From Neophaeotheca triangularis (Eukaryota), in the NCBI GenBank assembly GCA_054600435.1, contig BAAIJX010000063.1, positions 62,001 to 118,636 of the forward strand: 56,636 bases of DNA, written 5' to 3'. Shown here piece by piece: positions 10,983 to 26,640 of this stretch. The notes under the pieces were generated by a model. That model had not been told where the DNA came from and did no database searches. It was given only the letters and a program-made list of their open reading frames with translations. Positions within the stretch are counted from its first letter, which is position 1. Every line of letters starts with the position of its first letter. A program made the translations under genes and the position numbers.

Positions 10983-13664
10983 ATGCGTATCTTCACTCCC
11001 GCCTCCCTGCGCTATCCGATCACGGTCACCAAACTCCTGCGCGCACCTGGCGATGACGTAGACCAAGGCACCGCCCTCTTCCGCTACCAGTACCAGGCCA
11101 CAGTCACTGAGAGTTCGGAGGAGAACCCAGAAGGCAAGGAGGTGCTGAGATCATGGTACGCCGACTTTGAGAGCGAGCTTGAGGGCAAAGTGACGAGTTT
11201 GGATATCAAGGCCGACCAGGTCATTACTCGAAGAACGGCTGTCGCGGAGATTGAGGAGCCTTGCACGCATGAGATTCAATATGGTGGGCTTTGCGCGCTT
11301 TGTGAGAAGGATATGACGACGGTTAGCTACAACACTACCCAGAAGAACACGTCCAGAGCGACGATCAACACCACCCATGGCAATACGGCGCTTCTTGTTA
11401 GTGGACAAGAGGCCAGTAAGGCGGATGAAGAGGCGAAGCGAAGACTTCTGGACTCTCGGAAACTGAGCTTGGTTGTGGATCTGGACCAGACAATCATTCA
11501 TGCGACAGTAGACCCTACGGTCGAGCAGTGGCAGAAAGACCCGAGTAACCCCAACCACGAGGCTGTCAAGGATGTGCGAGCTTTCCAGCTGTCTGACGAG
11601 GGATCCGCATCTAGGCAGTGCTGGTATTACATCAAACTCCGACCTGGGCTTGAAGACTTTCTGCGGACAATGTCGGAGTACTATGAGCTGCACATCTATA
11701 CCATGGGCACACGCGCGTATGCGGAGAATATCGCGAGGCTTATCGATCCGGACCGCAAGATCTTCTCTGATCGCATCTTATCACGCGACGAGAGCGGAAG
11801 CATGACAGCCAAGAATCTCAAACGACTCTTTCCTGTGGACACAAGGATGGTGGTAATCATCGACGATAGAGGCGATGTGTGGCAGTGGAGTCCGAACTTG
11901 ATCAAGGTCTCTGCATATGACTTTTTCGTTGGTATTGGCGATATCAACAGCAGTTTCCTGCCTAAGCGTCCTGAGTTGGAAGCCGCAAAGCCAAAACCCA
12001 CCAAAGTTCCGTCTCCTGTAGTGTCGGAAGGTAGTTCAGAAGAGAGTGAGAAAGATTCCACGGTTCAGAGTAACCCTCCAAGCGTACCCTCAACAGCGCC
12101 TTCAACACCTCCACCCGTCAATGGCGACGCATCCGCAGTGGATCGACTTGTCACGATGGCAGGAAGTCAGGATGCCGGGGCAATGAAAGAAAAAGCCAAC
12201 CAACAAGATGAAACCCTATCCTCTCAGCTCGAAGACCGTCCGCTCCTTCAGAAACAGAAAATCCTTGACGCCGCCGAGGACGAAGCCAAAACGTCTCCTG
12301 CCGCCGAAGCAGCCGCGAACCTTCTCTCACCAGACGAGAATCAGGACTCTACCGCGCCTCCCACCGAACACGCCTCAAAGTACCGCCACAACCTGCTCCA
12401 AGATGACGACACCGAACTTCATCACCTCAGCCAAAGCCTTCGCAACATTCATTCGGCCTTTTTCACCGAATACGATCGCTCCAACAGCACCACCAACCCC
12501 CGCGTCACAGCACTCAACCCAAAAGTCTCAGCACAAAAGCCATCTCCCTCCACATCCCTCTCCAACATCCCCGACGCCGCAGCCCTAATGGCAACAATGA
12601 AACGCCGCGTCCTCGCAGGCGTGCACCTCGTCTTCACCGGTGTCGTGCCACTCGGCGTCAATATACATCACCACGACACAGCCATCTGGGCCAAGAGCTT
12701 CGGCGCTAGCGTCAGCGAGAACGTTGACAAGAAAACCACTCACGTCATCGCTTCGCCGCAGCGGCGCACTGTCAAAGTACGCCAGGCGCTTAGAAAGGGG
12801 CCTGGAAGAATTGCCGTTGTGAGCCAGGGCTGGCTGTTCGCGTGTTTTAGCCAGTGGAAGCGGGTTTCAGAGGCGGAGTTTCGAATTCATTCCGAGGGAG
12901 GTGTCAATGGGGGCGCGGGGTTGCCTGGAGGGTTTGCGGAGGGTGCGGCGAGAGGAGAAAATGCGCTGAGCTCGAGTGATAGCGAGGCGACGGGGACTGA
13001 GGACGAGTCAGCTGGGGAAGAAAGCGGGACCAGTAGCGCTCTTGCGGTCAGGACTGAGGAGCTGGAGACGGATACCGAAGCCGAGCTCGAGAAGTATAAA
13101 CCCTCTTCCGATCGCGATGAGTCTCCTATAGAGGAACACAAGGAAGATTGGGAGGATATCGATCGCGAATTTAAGGATTTCATGGGCGAGGATTACGACA
13201 GCGATGATTCCGAGTTTAGCATGGCTAGTCTGGACTCCGGGCGAGAAGGGTCGGAGAATGGTGATGGAGGTGGTGGTGCAGAAGGTGAGAGGAAGCGGAA
13301 GAGGGAGGATGGGGAAGTGGGCGGGGAGAGCGCTGGCGACGAGGAGCACCGGCCCGGAGAGAGTAGGTTGCAGAAGCGAAAGAAGGAGGCGCTGGAGCGG
13401 ACTACGAGTTTGACAAAGATGGCCACCGTGCCCGCCTCTTCCCCTGCGAATGGCTCTTCGCCTGCCGCTGCTGTCAACGAGCCTGATGGTTCTGCAGATA
13501 GCGAGACCGTCAAAGCCGACCGCGAAACTGTGGAAGACGACAGCGATCCCGAAGCCGCGGGTGATGGCGGCGAGGATGTCGTCGAAGATGACGATGAAGA
13601 TGACCTGGGCACCATGCTCGAGGCAGAGATGAGTCGCTCTGACGGCGATGAAGAGGGCTTCTAG
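10983..13664 (+). CDS. FCP1: RNA polymerase II CTD phosphatase Fcp1
   Basis: CxHxxxxGGLCxxC motif, catalytic LVVDLDQT (DxDxT), YIKLRPG, VVIIDDRGDVW, BRCT domain (aa ~540-640) and acidic tail. Confidence 0.96.
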   Translation: MRIFTPASLRYPITVTKLLRAPGDDVDQGTALFRYQYQATVTESSEENPEGKEVLRSWYADFESELEGKVTSLDIKADQVITRRTAVAEIEEPCTHEIQYGGLCALCEKDMTTVSYNTTQKNTSRATINTTHGNTALLVSGQEASKADEEAKRRLLDSRKLSLVVDLDQTIIHATVDPTVEQWQKDPSNPNHEAVKDVRAFQLSDEGSASRQCWYYIKLRPGLEDFLRTMSEYYELHIYTMGTRAYAENIARLIDPDRKIFSDRILSRDESGSMTAKNLKRLFPVDTRMVVIIDDRGDVWQWSPNLIKVSAYDFFVGIGDINSSFLPKRPELEAAKPKPTKVPSPVVSEGSSEESEKDSTVQSNPPSVPSTAPSTPPPVNGDASAVDRLVTMAGSQDAGAMKEKANQQDETLSSQLEDRPLLQKQKILDAAEDEAKTSPAAEAAANLLSPDENQDSTAPPTEHASKYRHNLLQDDDTELHHLSQSLRNIHSAFFTEYDRSNSTTNPRVTALNPKVSAQKPSPSTSLSNIPDAAALMATMKRRVLAGVHLVFTGVVPLGVNIHHHDTAIWAKSFGASVSENVDKKTTHVIASPQRRTVKVRQALRKGPGRIAVVSQGWLFACFSQWKRVSEAEFRIHSEGGVNGGAGLPGGFAEGAARGENALSSSDSEATGTEDESAGEESGTSSALAVRTEELETDTEAELEKYKPSSDRDESPIEEHKEDWEDIDREFKDFMGEDYDSDDSEFSMASLDSGREGSENGDGGGGAEGERKRKREDGEVGGESAGDEEHRPGESRLQKRKKEALERTTSLTKMATVPASSPANGSSPAAAVNEPDGSADSETVKADRETVEDDSDPEAAGDGGEDVVEDDDEDDLGTMLEAEMSRSDGDEEGF

Positions 13665-14166
13665 TGTTTGGCTGGGCGTTATTTGAATCGGCGTCTTGAG
13701 AAGGACAGGAGTGAATGGTTGGTGGGCATAGCGTCGGTGTTGTTGTTCAAGTTGTAACATGGAGTGCCAGGGTCACTTGTTCTAGAGGTACGAACAGGAA
13801 GGCGGAGATTGGTGACGGTGGGTTATTAGCCCGTGGTTGTGTATCCGCTCGATACCCTGCCTGCAAGATAGCCAGAACGCGTCTCCGAATACCACCTTCC
13901 ATCGTTACGGTCTGTGCAATGTTGCCCAGTAATCGTTTTATAGTACACTTTTCTACACGCATTTGCGAAACTTGTTGTCTCATAAGTTATTGCAAGGGTA
14001 GGTAGGAAGCTACGAAGTCGCACCGCCAAGCCTTCGAACTTTCACTTTGCATCCACAGCTCGACTTTGCATCCAAAGCTCTCGCGGCGAAAGAGGGCCGA
14101 AACTTCAAAAAGAAGAAGAAAAGTTACAGCGATACTGTGCCGATCTTCTCTATCCTTGTTGTCGTC

Positions 14167-15585
14167 ATGGAACAAGCGCAACATATCCATTCTCTCACAT
14201 CTCTTACCCTCGATCTCCCACCGAGCTGCATCGCTTTTCATCCGGCTTCGCCTGAGCTGTTTGTTGTCGGGACGTATCACTTGCATAAGGAAGAAGATCA
14301 AGTCGACAAACAAGGAGATTCCTCCGACAACGGTGGTGCCGATGTCGATGGCAACGATGGTCAAGGTGTTGGAGATGAAGACACCAAAGGTCAAAAACGA
14401 ACTGGTAGTTTGATCTTGATGCGACTGCATGAAGATGATACGATGTAAGTTGGAACCTGAAAGCGCGCCCTCGTTCAATCAAAACCGAATAGAGGTTTGA
14501 AGAACGCAGCGCACCCCTGAAACTACTAGACTCAATCCTAACACCCCGCCAGAGAAATCCTGCAAACCCACCCAACCCCCTACGCCGTCCTAGACCTCCA
14601 ATGGAACCCGCACGCCCCAATGCCAGCCCCTCAATCCCCCAACCCCGACCTCCCCGAAACCCCCGACCTCGCCGTCGCAGCCTCAACAGGCCTAATCCAA
14701 CTCTTCACCCTCACCCCCCACCCCCACGCCGTCCTCAAACCCCGCTCCACCCACCCCCTCACCCACCCCTCAGTCCTCATCCTCTCCCTAGCCTGGCACC
14801 CCGACCCCCACCAGCCCTCCAAAATAGCCTTCACGACCTCCGCAGGCGAAATCGGACAATCCCACCCCCTTTCCCCAACGCCAACCCCAACACCAAAGCT
14901 AGCACCCCACGACCTCGAAGCCTGGACCCTAGCTTTCGCAGCTTCCTCCCAAGCGACAACGCCAACCCACCTCCTCTCCGGCGGCGACGACGCGCGCCTC
15001 GCAGCCTCAACGCTGCACCCGGGCTTCCATCCCACAACCGCCGGGCCCTCGGAACCCGCCGCCCCGGCTCCCTCCTCCATCCACTGGACCGACCGCAAAC
15101 TCCACCAAGCCGGCGTCACGGCCATCTTGCCCCTGCCCCCACCCAACCCTGCAACCCTAGTAGTCACGGGCAGCTACGACGAGTCGATCCGGCTATTGCA
15201 GCTGCCGGCGCCAGGGACGGCGGCGGGAAAGCGGCACGTCCTCGCCGAAACGGGACTGGGGGGAGGGGTGTGGAGGCTCAAAGTGCTCGGGGTGGAAGCT
15301 GGCGGGGCTCTGCTGGTCTTGGCGAGTTGCATGCACGCCGGTGCTAGGGTTGTGAGGTTGGGTCGGAGTGATGGCGGGGTGGGAGAGGGAGGGGATGGGG
15401 TTGGCTATGGCGGCGACTGGGCTTTTGAGGTCCTGGCGCGGTTTGAGGAGCATGGGAGTATGAATTATGGGAGTGACTTTCAGCCGCGGCTGGGGAGGGA
15501 TGGGGACGGTGGGGGTTGGAGGGTTGTGAGTACGAGTTTTTATGATCGGTTGTTGTGTTTGTGGCGGTTTGAGGGTGGGGGGTGA
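14167..15585 (+). CDS. DPH7: Diphthamide biosynthesis WD40 protein Dph7/Rrt2, 2 exons (intron 14445-14552)
   Basis: Motifs LDLPPSCIAF..VVGTYHL, HDLEAWT, LLSGGDD, HQAGVTAILP, TGSYDE, GGGVWRLK, LASCMHAG, EHGSMNYG and STSFYDRLLCLW. Confidence 0.9.
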
Positions 15586-16091
15586 GGGGGGGTTGTGGTT
15601 GGGAAGTTGACCTTGGATGAAATGGATGGAATGGATGCAATGAGATAAATGGATGGATGGGGCAAGTGAGATGGATCTTCGTGGTGACTGGTTCACTGGA
15701 CTGTCCAATTCTCTGGTTTGCCTATTATACTTCCCACCTCTCGACTCAATTATGCATGCAGCAGGAGCTGTGGTATCCCCCCCTTTTTGCTGGAACACTA
15801 AAAGCAATGCTCCCCTCTCTTATGTAGTAGAACGCCTTGCTCGCCAAATTAAACCAGCCCACGGACTGCGATGCTGCTTCCCGCAAAAACGTCGCGTATA
15901 GGTACATTGTTGTTTCTAACCGCTCGCACTTCTCAAAACACCACCCAGACATAGACCTCGACATATCTCATTATCATAAAATCACCCCCCACTTGGTACT
16001 CCCACCATTCATTGCGAAATCTTCAACACCCCATCCAGCAGCGACCAGCGCCCGCCGGACCTCCCCTCATCAATCAACCTCCAACAAGCCA

Positions 16092-17141
16092 TCACGGCTC
16101 CCCAGGACCAGATATCTTGATCTGTGGCGTCGGCGGCGGCGGCACAGCCTCGGTATTGTCCTTTGCCCTCCGCCACTTGAGCACAGGCACACGCCTATCG
16201 CCCTTGATCTCCGTCGGCTCCTCGGAACCCAGCACGAGCACTTGGCCGTCCTCCTCGAACCGATGCGTCCGCACCTGCAAATCGCCAATCCACCCGGGCA
16301 AGTTGCAGACCTGGAAAGTATGTCGCAGCACCTCTTCCCTGCCGGCGCCTTCGTGGGAGATGTAGTACGGCCCGCAGTAGCCGAAGAAACGCTTCCCGGC
16401 TTCGGCCCATTGCGGTTCCTCGCCTTCGCCGCGCTTGAAGGTCTGTTGCCCCGGTATCAGCATTTGCGCTGACATGTAGCCGTCTGGGGTGTAGAGGATG
16501 AAGCCGGTGACGTTTTTGGTCATGGGGAAGGTGGGGCGTTGGATCGGGGAGGAAGGGGTTGGGTAGGCGATGTAGGATTCGAGTTTCCAGGCGCCGATGA
16601 TGCGTTGGCGGAGGGGAGGGGTCGGTGGGGTTGGAGGTGGGGCGTCGGACATTGTTGTGTCGTTGGGTTCCGGGGGAAGGGCGGAGGCTTCGGCGTCGGC
16701 TTCGGGGCTGTAGATGCTGCCGTTGAGGTTGAGGTTGAGGTCGAGGGGGATGGAGGGGTTGGAGGGGGCGGGTTCGGGGTCGATGGGTTTGGTGGTGGTG
16801 GTGGTGGAAGCGGTTGGTGGCGGATGGAAAGGCTCTTGGTTTGTTTCCATACTTCGTTTTTGCGGGATGTTGATTGCAATGGATGGTTGCGGTTGCGGTT
16901 GTAATTGAGGGGGTGAAAGAGGAGGCGAAGGCCTTTTCCGTGTTTCGAATGCAGGTGCTTGCGGTGACTGCAAGCGTGCTTTCGAGACAAAGACTTCTTT
17001 GGGGGGAGATTCCAGCGGCACTACGACTTCCTGAGGTTGCGATCGTGAACGCGAGCGTGATCTTGAGCGGGATTTGCGGTGCGGTATGATTTTTGGGACT
17101 TGGAGGTATTGGCTGGAGGTTGAAGGCATCGTGACCAACAT
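16092..17141 (-). CDS. Lipocalin-like domain protein with a low-complexity Pro/Ser-rich N-terminus
   Basis: C-terminal IIGAWKLESY...GFILYTPDGYMSAQM...FFGYCGPY...WIGDLQVR resembles the Lipocalin_5-type fold. Start is ATG 17141 or 17129. Confidence 0.8.
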   Translation of the reverse strand: MLVTMPSTSSQYLQVPKIIPHRKSRSRSRSRSRSQPQEVVVPLESPPKEVFVSKARLQSPQAPAFETRKRPSPPLSPPQLQPQPQPSIAINIPQKRSMETNQEPFHPPPTASTTTTTKPIDPEPAPSNPSIPLDLNLNLNGSIYSPEADAEASALPPEPNDTTMSDAPPPTPPTPPLRQRIIGAWKLESYIAYPTPSSPIQRPTFPMTKNVTGFILYTPDGYMSAQMLIPGQQTFKRGEGEEPQWAEAGKRFFGYCGPYYISHEGAGREEVLRHTFQVCNLPGWIGDLQVRTHRFEEDGQVLVLGSEEPTEIKGDRRVPVLKWRRAKDNTEAVPPPPTPQIKISGPGEP

Positions 17142-18564
17142 TGTGACAATGGTCCACGTTGGAGGAGACGGAAGTCGGCAGGACGAAGTGGAGGTAAGGA
17201 GGACAATAATGGCGTCTCTGCTACCTGGTGGCACACCGGTACATGGTGAGCAGTATAAGGTAAAGAAGATAGGAGAGGGAGAGGAGTTGAGAAGATAACG
17301 AGGATGAGAGAGAGGCTGCCGGGCAACTCTGACGGTTGTCGTTGCAAGGTGAAGGTGGTGAAGTAGGTCAGAGACAAGCTACGGTAACAGGCCGGGTCGT
17401 GTTGTATGAATAGTAAAACGTTAGGATGTATCTGCGACAGACCTGTATCTGACTCTTGTATCATCGATTCATCATCATCATCATCATCTCCGTTTCGGAA
17501 AAGGTTGTGAAAGCATCCATTATTTTCATTGAATATAGTACTGTACCTTAGCCGTAAATGCTGATTGATGCAGAGTGGGGGGGCCCATGCAACGGGAAAA
17601 GGCACAAGCTAGTGCGGTCCATTGTCCGAAAAACGAGAACCTTGGAAGGCTTAGACAGCGGTAATTAATAATCAACACATCCTCCCAACGAAGCATTCCA
17701 GTCTGTTGTTGTTACTGTCAGCCATTAGGTACTTCCCTAGAGTCGTAGGGAGTCCTCATCAGTCGACGTCTTGGGTGCATCAGGAACCGAACCCACGTCC
17801 CACTTCCAACGTTGCCCACATGTCCCAGACAGTAAACACGTCACGACTTGTGTGGGTGGGACCTTCACCCGACGGGTGTTGGACGTGTGGAGATAGTGCA
17901 AGTACTACTAGGTAAGTAGGGTAAGTATCGAATGCTTGATTCGCGTCCCGTCCATCCCTTGGTCGACTATTATTCCGAAAGCCGCCTACATCAATCAGCT
18001 GCTAGCCTCCCCTCCTCATCCTCCCCCTCCCGTGTCCAGGCCAGTACTAATGAGTCTCATGTGCCCCTTGTTCGTCCGGATCGTCCAATCGTCCTGGGTC
18101 GGACAAGATCGCATCTGCCATGCAACCATAGCACGTGCTAGAGAGCTGACGGTAGACAAGTACCTATCGATCCATCGTCGGTGGTAGGGCTGTTGGAGTA
18201 ATCAAGTCTTGGTACTACTACGGGTACTGCCTATGTACATGTCGCACGTGAAAACAGCAAGAATATTAATGAAAATGCAGTAGTAGCTCCCACTACTACT
18301 GCACTATGATATCTGCCCCGCCCAAGCACAGTGGAGTGCACAATACCTTATTGGGAAGTATTTCTACCCCTCCATCCCATCTCTTCTCATTCCTTTCCTC
18401 TTCTTCCTCCTTCTTTACTCCTACCTCATCGAACATCGACTACTACACTGTCATACAGCCCCCCCAACGTCGACCGTAGAGTTACCCCACCAACACCCAC
18501 TCTCCATATGCTAACAGTTTTACAGACCAAAAGATACCAAACTTGTACGCTTGAAGCTACAACA

Positions 18565-19955
<1,391 letters not shown>

Positions 19956-20500
19956 TGACTTCTTCCTCACATCAAGGTCGAATGTGAGGGCAGATGGTCC
20001 GCTAGGGGGTGATTTGGAATGGAATGGATGATTGCCACGAATTGCACGCTCGTTTCTGTAGCTGAATGAAGTCTGAACTCTCGCCCTAACTGCTTCTCGT
20101 TGAGTTGTACCTTGTGCTTCCCAAGTGTTTGTCGAGCAATTTGTTGCAGCCTAGGGCTATCATAGCCTGTGTGGAAAGGGGGTACCCGAGGCAGTGAACG
20201 CTTCACCTTCACCTCATGCCGAGAGCGAGAGAGAAGACCGCGAATTGCACTCTAGATAGGCACACGGCCAACATATCTTCATTACTGTACGCAGTAGGCG
20301 AAGAAAAGAGTACAACTCATTGACCGTTTGTTTCTGAAAAATGTCAACACGAGGCCAACTCGAGACGTCGCGATCAAATCAACAACCACAATATCAACGA
20401 CGAAAAGAGCCCGTACACTCAATTCGACACCATCGAAAACCCTCGCGTCAATAATTCACCACCTCCCACCCACCCGCCAACCACCAAAAAAAAAAAAAAA

Positions 20501-23310
20501 CTACTCGGCAATCTTCAACTCAGGCGGCGGCAACACCGGCCCAATCAAAGCCTGAGGCGGCCAAGGATCCGCAACAAACTCACACTCAAACTCATGCCGT
20601 CCGGACTTGACAACCCTCTCGGCCTCCTCGCCCTCTTCGCCCCAATCCCTCCTCAGCTCCGACGGAAGCGTAACAACAGCCTCGCAATTCGGCGGAACCG
20701 TCACTTCCATCCGGAACCTCTTGCCCCCTTGCGACAACGCCCACTCGCAAGCGACCAACCCATACGGCCCGTGGAAAGACGCCCGCGCGCTGCTGATGTT
20801 GCCGCCGGGCACCGGACGCACGCGGATCCGCCGCCACCCCGGCGCCGCCTGTGCGATGCCGCCGACGCTCGCGTGCAGCCAGTCCGCTATCGACCCGAAC
20901 GAGTAGTGGTTGAAACTCGTCATCTCGCCCGGGTTCACGCGCCCGTCGCCCAGCTTGCTGTCCCACCTTTCCCACATTGTCGTCGCTTCGTGCGAGAGCA
21001 CCGGGTACAGCCAGCTGGGACATGTGGTTTCCAGGAGCATGCGGTAGGCGAGTTGCGGGCGCCCGATGGCCGTGAGGGCGTGCGCGATTATCGGGGTGCC
21101 TGCGAAGCCTGTGCCGATGTGGAAGGCTTCTTGCCGGATCAGGCGGTCTAGGGTTGATGCCGCGAAGGAGCGTTGGCCGCGGTCGCTGGGGTAGAGGTTG
21201 AAGCGGATGGCGAGGCTGAGGCCTGTTTGCGACGACGACGTGAGGTTGCCTTCTGGGGTGATGTAGCGGCGCTGGAATTGCGAGAGCAGTTTCTTGCCGT
21301 CTTTGGCGTATTGAGACGCCAGCTCGGTTTTGCCGAGTTCGGCGCAGAAACCCGCTAGGACTAGGGTGACGTGCACGAGGTATGCGTTTGCTACCAAGAG
21401 GCTGTCGGTGCGGCTCTCGTCGGGGTGCTCGGGTGGAGCGCGGGGGTCGAGCCAGTCTGCGAGCTGCCAGGACTCGGGATTCCAGAGACCGTCGGGCGCC
21501 CTTTCGACGCCCTGGTCAATCCATGCTTGCATGCTCTCAAATTGCCGTTCGAGGAGCTTTTTATCGGAACTGTAGTTGTACAGTGCTTGGGGCGCTAGTA
21601 CAGCAACGTCGTCCCAAACTAGAAAGTTGTCAGCTATGCAAGGGTAATAGACAGCTGTATGGAAAGCTTACCGGCTTGCGCTATGTCAGGCCAAAACTCC
21701 ATCGCGTAGGGCACGACTAGAGGTGGTACGCCGGGTTTCCCTTCATTGAGCTGCTCAGCGGCGACGTCTTCGAGCCAGCTGCCCACGACTCCCATTGTGT
21801 CGTAGAGGAAGCTGGCGGTAGGGCAGAATGCTTGAAGATCGCCAGTCCAGCCAAGACGCTCGTCTCTTTGAGGGCAATCGGTAGGTATCGAGACGAAATT
21901 GCCTCGCATCGACCACACAGCGTTGCTGTGAAGTTGGTTGACCGCCGAGTTTGAGCAACTGAAGAAGCCCCTACGTTTCATGTCCGAGTGGATAACAAGA
22001 GCCTCGACGTCCTCCGCTTTAGGCTCGCCCACAGGCCAGCCCTCGATTTGAACATAACGGAAACCGTGGAATGTAAATTTCGGCGTCCAGTCCAGCGTCT
22101 TGCCATTTCCAATGACAGTGTCGGCGCACTTGGCGATCCGTAAAGGTCTCGTCGCTGCCTCCCCGGCTTCCAGAACTTCTGTGTGAGTGAAGGTCACCTC
22201 ATGACCGTCGGGAAGCTCGAGCTTAGGAATGTGCAACTTCCCCACGAGGTTTTGACCAAAGTCGAGGAGAATCTTGCCGCTCTTGCTACGGAAAACTTGC
22301 TTGCAAGGCACTTTCTCCGTCACACGAACAGGTGGAGCGTCAGGCGAGACGAGTTTGCCCTTTGGTCGTGGAAGAACCTTGGTCCCTACTGTCGAAGCTT
22401 CAGGCCAGACTGCTTCCGCGCTGTGCCAATCATCCATCTCATTTCGCGCATCGTAGACCTCTCCGTCGTAGAATTCGCTGCTAACCAGGGCGCTTCCCAT
22501 GGCCGACCAACTGTCGTCGCTTAGTAGAGCCCATGGACTGGAATTGTCGCTGGAAACCTCGAGCTGTGCGGCGATTCCAAGCTCGTTGCCCCAGCGAAAT
22601 CGTTTCCCGCCGCCAAACCCAAGTCGTCCAGCATACCACCCGTCAGCAACTTCTGCGCAGATCACATTCCGGGCTCCCGGTCGCAGCAGGCTGCTGACGT
22701 CAAGAGTCCTGTATGCCAGACGGTAGTTGTAGCTAGTCCATCCCGGAGCCAGGAGCTCGGTGCTAGCGGCTTTGCCATTGATGTAGACGTCGAAAACACC
22801 CAATGCGGTGACGTAGAGTCGAGCGTCCAAGCCGGCAGTGGTCTCCTGTGGCAGATCAAACGTTTTCCGGAACCTGATGGGTTGCAGAGGCTCCTTGGGC
22901 CCGATGTGCTGTGCTGTGGCGATGAAGCTCGCTCGGAACTCGCTCTCGTCTAGAAGAGCAGTCTCGACAGTAGCAGCAGGAGACCACGGGCTCGGCTCAG
23001 ATGCATTGAAGTCGTTTACTTTGTCACTCTTGCCGTAGACACGCACTCTTACGGTCGCTTGCTCGCGCGAGGCAAGCGATGTCAACGGCCATGGCACAAG
23101 CACGGAGTTGTCGCCGTCTACACGCACGGTTTGCGGCGAAGATGAACTGCCCCTTGTGATTTCCAACTCATAGGACGTCTGAGTCCAAGCCGGTACCGTG
23201 CTCTCGGAAACATCATACTGCCACGATATGCGAGGCGCTGCTTCAGAGATACCTAGGCCGTTGTGGTGGTGCTCGAAGCGTGGCTTGCATGGAACCGGGT
23301 TGGTGGACAT
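20501..23310 (-). CDS. GH78 alpha-L-rhamnosidase, no signal peptide, 2 exons (intron 21619-21671)
   Basis: DFGQNLVG, FTFHGFRYVQ, PTDCPQRDERLGWTGD, ATTMWERWDS and MTSFNHY motifs. Confidence 0.93.
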
Positions 23311-23938
23311 GTCTGAGCGGTGGAGAGTCTTGCAGAATTGTTTGCTGGAGAGATGTCAGGCTTGAGACTTCCAGAGCCCATCATTATGAACTATCGTCGA
23401 GCCAAGTGCTTCGTTGCGAATGGCCCCGAGTTGTAGTCAAGTCATCGCGTCGAGTGGAGCCGGCGGAGGTATGCCAAGTTGGATCGTGAAGTTGTCGTTG
23501 TGGAGATTGAGTTGGCTTGTCAACTCGATTCGGCTTTCGATGTACCGAGACGCGAGTTGTCGGAAGTGTCAAGAATCGCCACACACCTGGTAACGACTGC
23601 GCGGCTTAAGAAAACGACCTGCCATTTCTTTGCCACGAGGTAGCAAGTATTCGACACCGAAGCTCGTTATCCACTACTAGAGGGGCATATTCCAATGCTA
23701 GAAGGAACAACAATCATGGACGAAGGCGTGCCTCGTGGAGGCTCAATCGCTTCCTTTCAAAAAAAAGGGGGATCACTCGAATATCACGATGCACATAAAG
23801 TATCGAGCCGCCACTCGCATCGATTGATTAGTTATTGTAGAAACGCATGACCGGGAGCTGTCCATTCGAAAGTCTGGAGGCGGGCAAGCACCTACGCATT
23901 GGTGCGGTAGGGTTACGGTATAGCTCACGCCTTGTCAT

Positions 23939-25815
<1,877 letters not shown>

Positions 25816-26640
25816 GTTGAGGTTTTGAGGCTCCTATCGTGAAGGTGTTAAAGATGTGAGAGGATTGGGGGAGTGAAAACAACGGATCCTCGTCCTTTTA
25901 ACACTGCAGCAGACTCCAACACCCCGGCTTCCCGTTTATACATCCCGCCTCACCTAGGCACCGTACTCTTCCTACGTCCGAGGTCCTCTCGACACATGGT
26001 GACAGCCTATGGTTAGAAAAAGAATCCGAGCTTAGTTGTCCGAGCCTGCACGAACAGCCAGCTTCTCTGTTGAAATCGCTGGAACGGCCATTCAGAAGAT
26101 TGAGGAGTAGTTCACGACCGAGGCAAAGGAAGGACTCGGCTACAGATGACGGGATGATATATGCAAGTTGAGTGTAGGTGCAGCAGGTAAAGGTATGGAG
26201 AGCATGGGGTTTTGCGGGGGCAGTGCTTGCCAAGAAAGGTGGAGAGCGGACGACATGTGCCAAGGTGGTAAGGGTTTGGGTTGACACCTATTCTTGATGT
26301 TAAGACTGCAGATTTTGTGATGGTCTTACTGTTCCTTGTGTATGGATCGCTGCAGTCGGTGCTCTTCGAGCGCCAAAGCAAGAATGTAACAAAATAAAGA
26401 GGAATAAAATAAGTGAGCGGGAAGATGCAACCGAGCAACATCTCACGACGTTCAACTCTGTCGTCGGACGAAGACTCAACTGGCAGCGCGATCGTAGTCC
26501 ACGAGCTTGGTATTGCCGTCGTTGTACTCATCTACCACTCGTCAGACCTCCCGGGTATTAATCTCTCACGAAGCGACTGCGAGAAGTATCGGCCTTACAC
26601 CTCTTCCAACTCCACATCCAGATCCACCAACCCCTATCCT

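Noticed and set aside
13008..13760. 250-aa and 140-aa minus-strand ORFs
   Set aside because: Antisense to the acidic tail of FCP1; low complexity.
14601..17157. Long Pro/Arg/His-rich alternative-frame ORFs over DPH7 and the lipocalin-like gene
   Set aside because: By-products of extreme C/G skew that removes stop codons; no motifs.
26112..26531. 139-aa minus-strand ORF with one hydrophobic stretch
   Set aside because: Lies in the carboxylesterase upstream region with no family signal; insufficient evidence.
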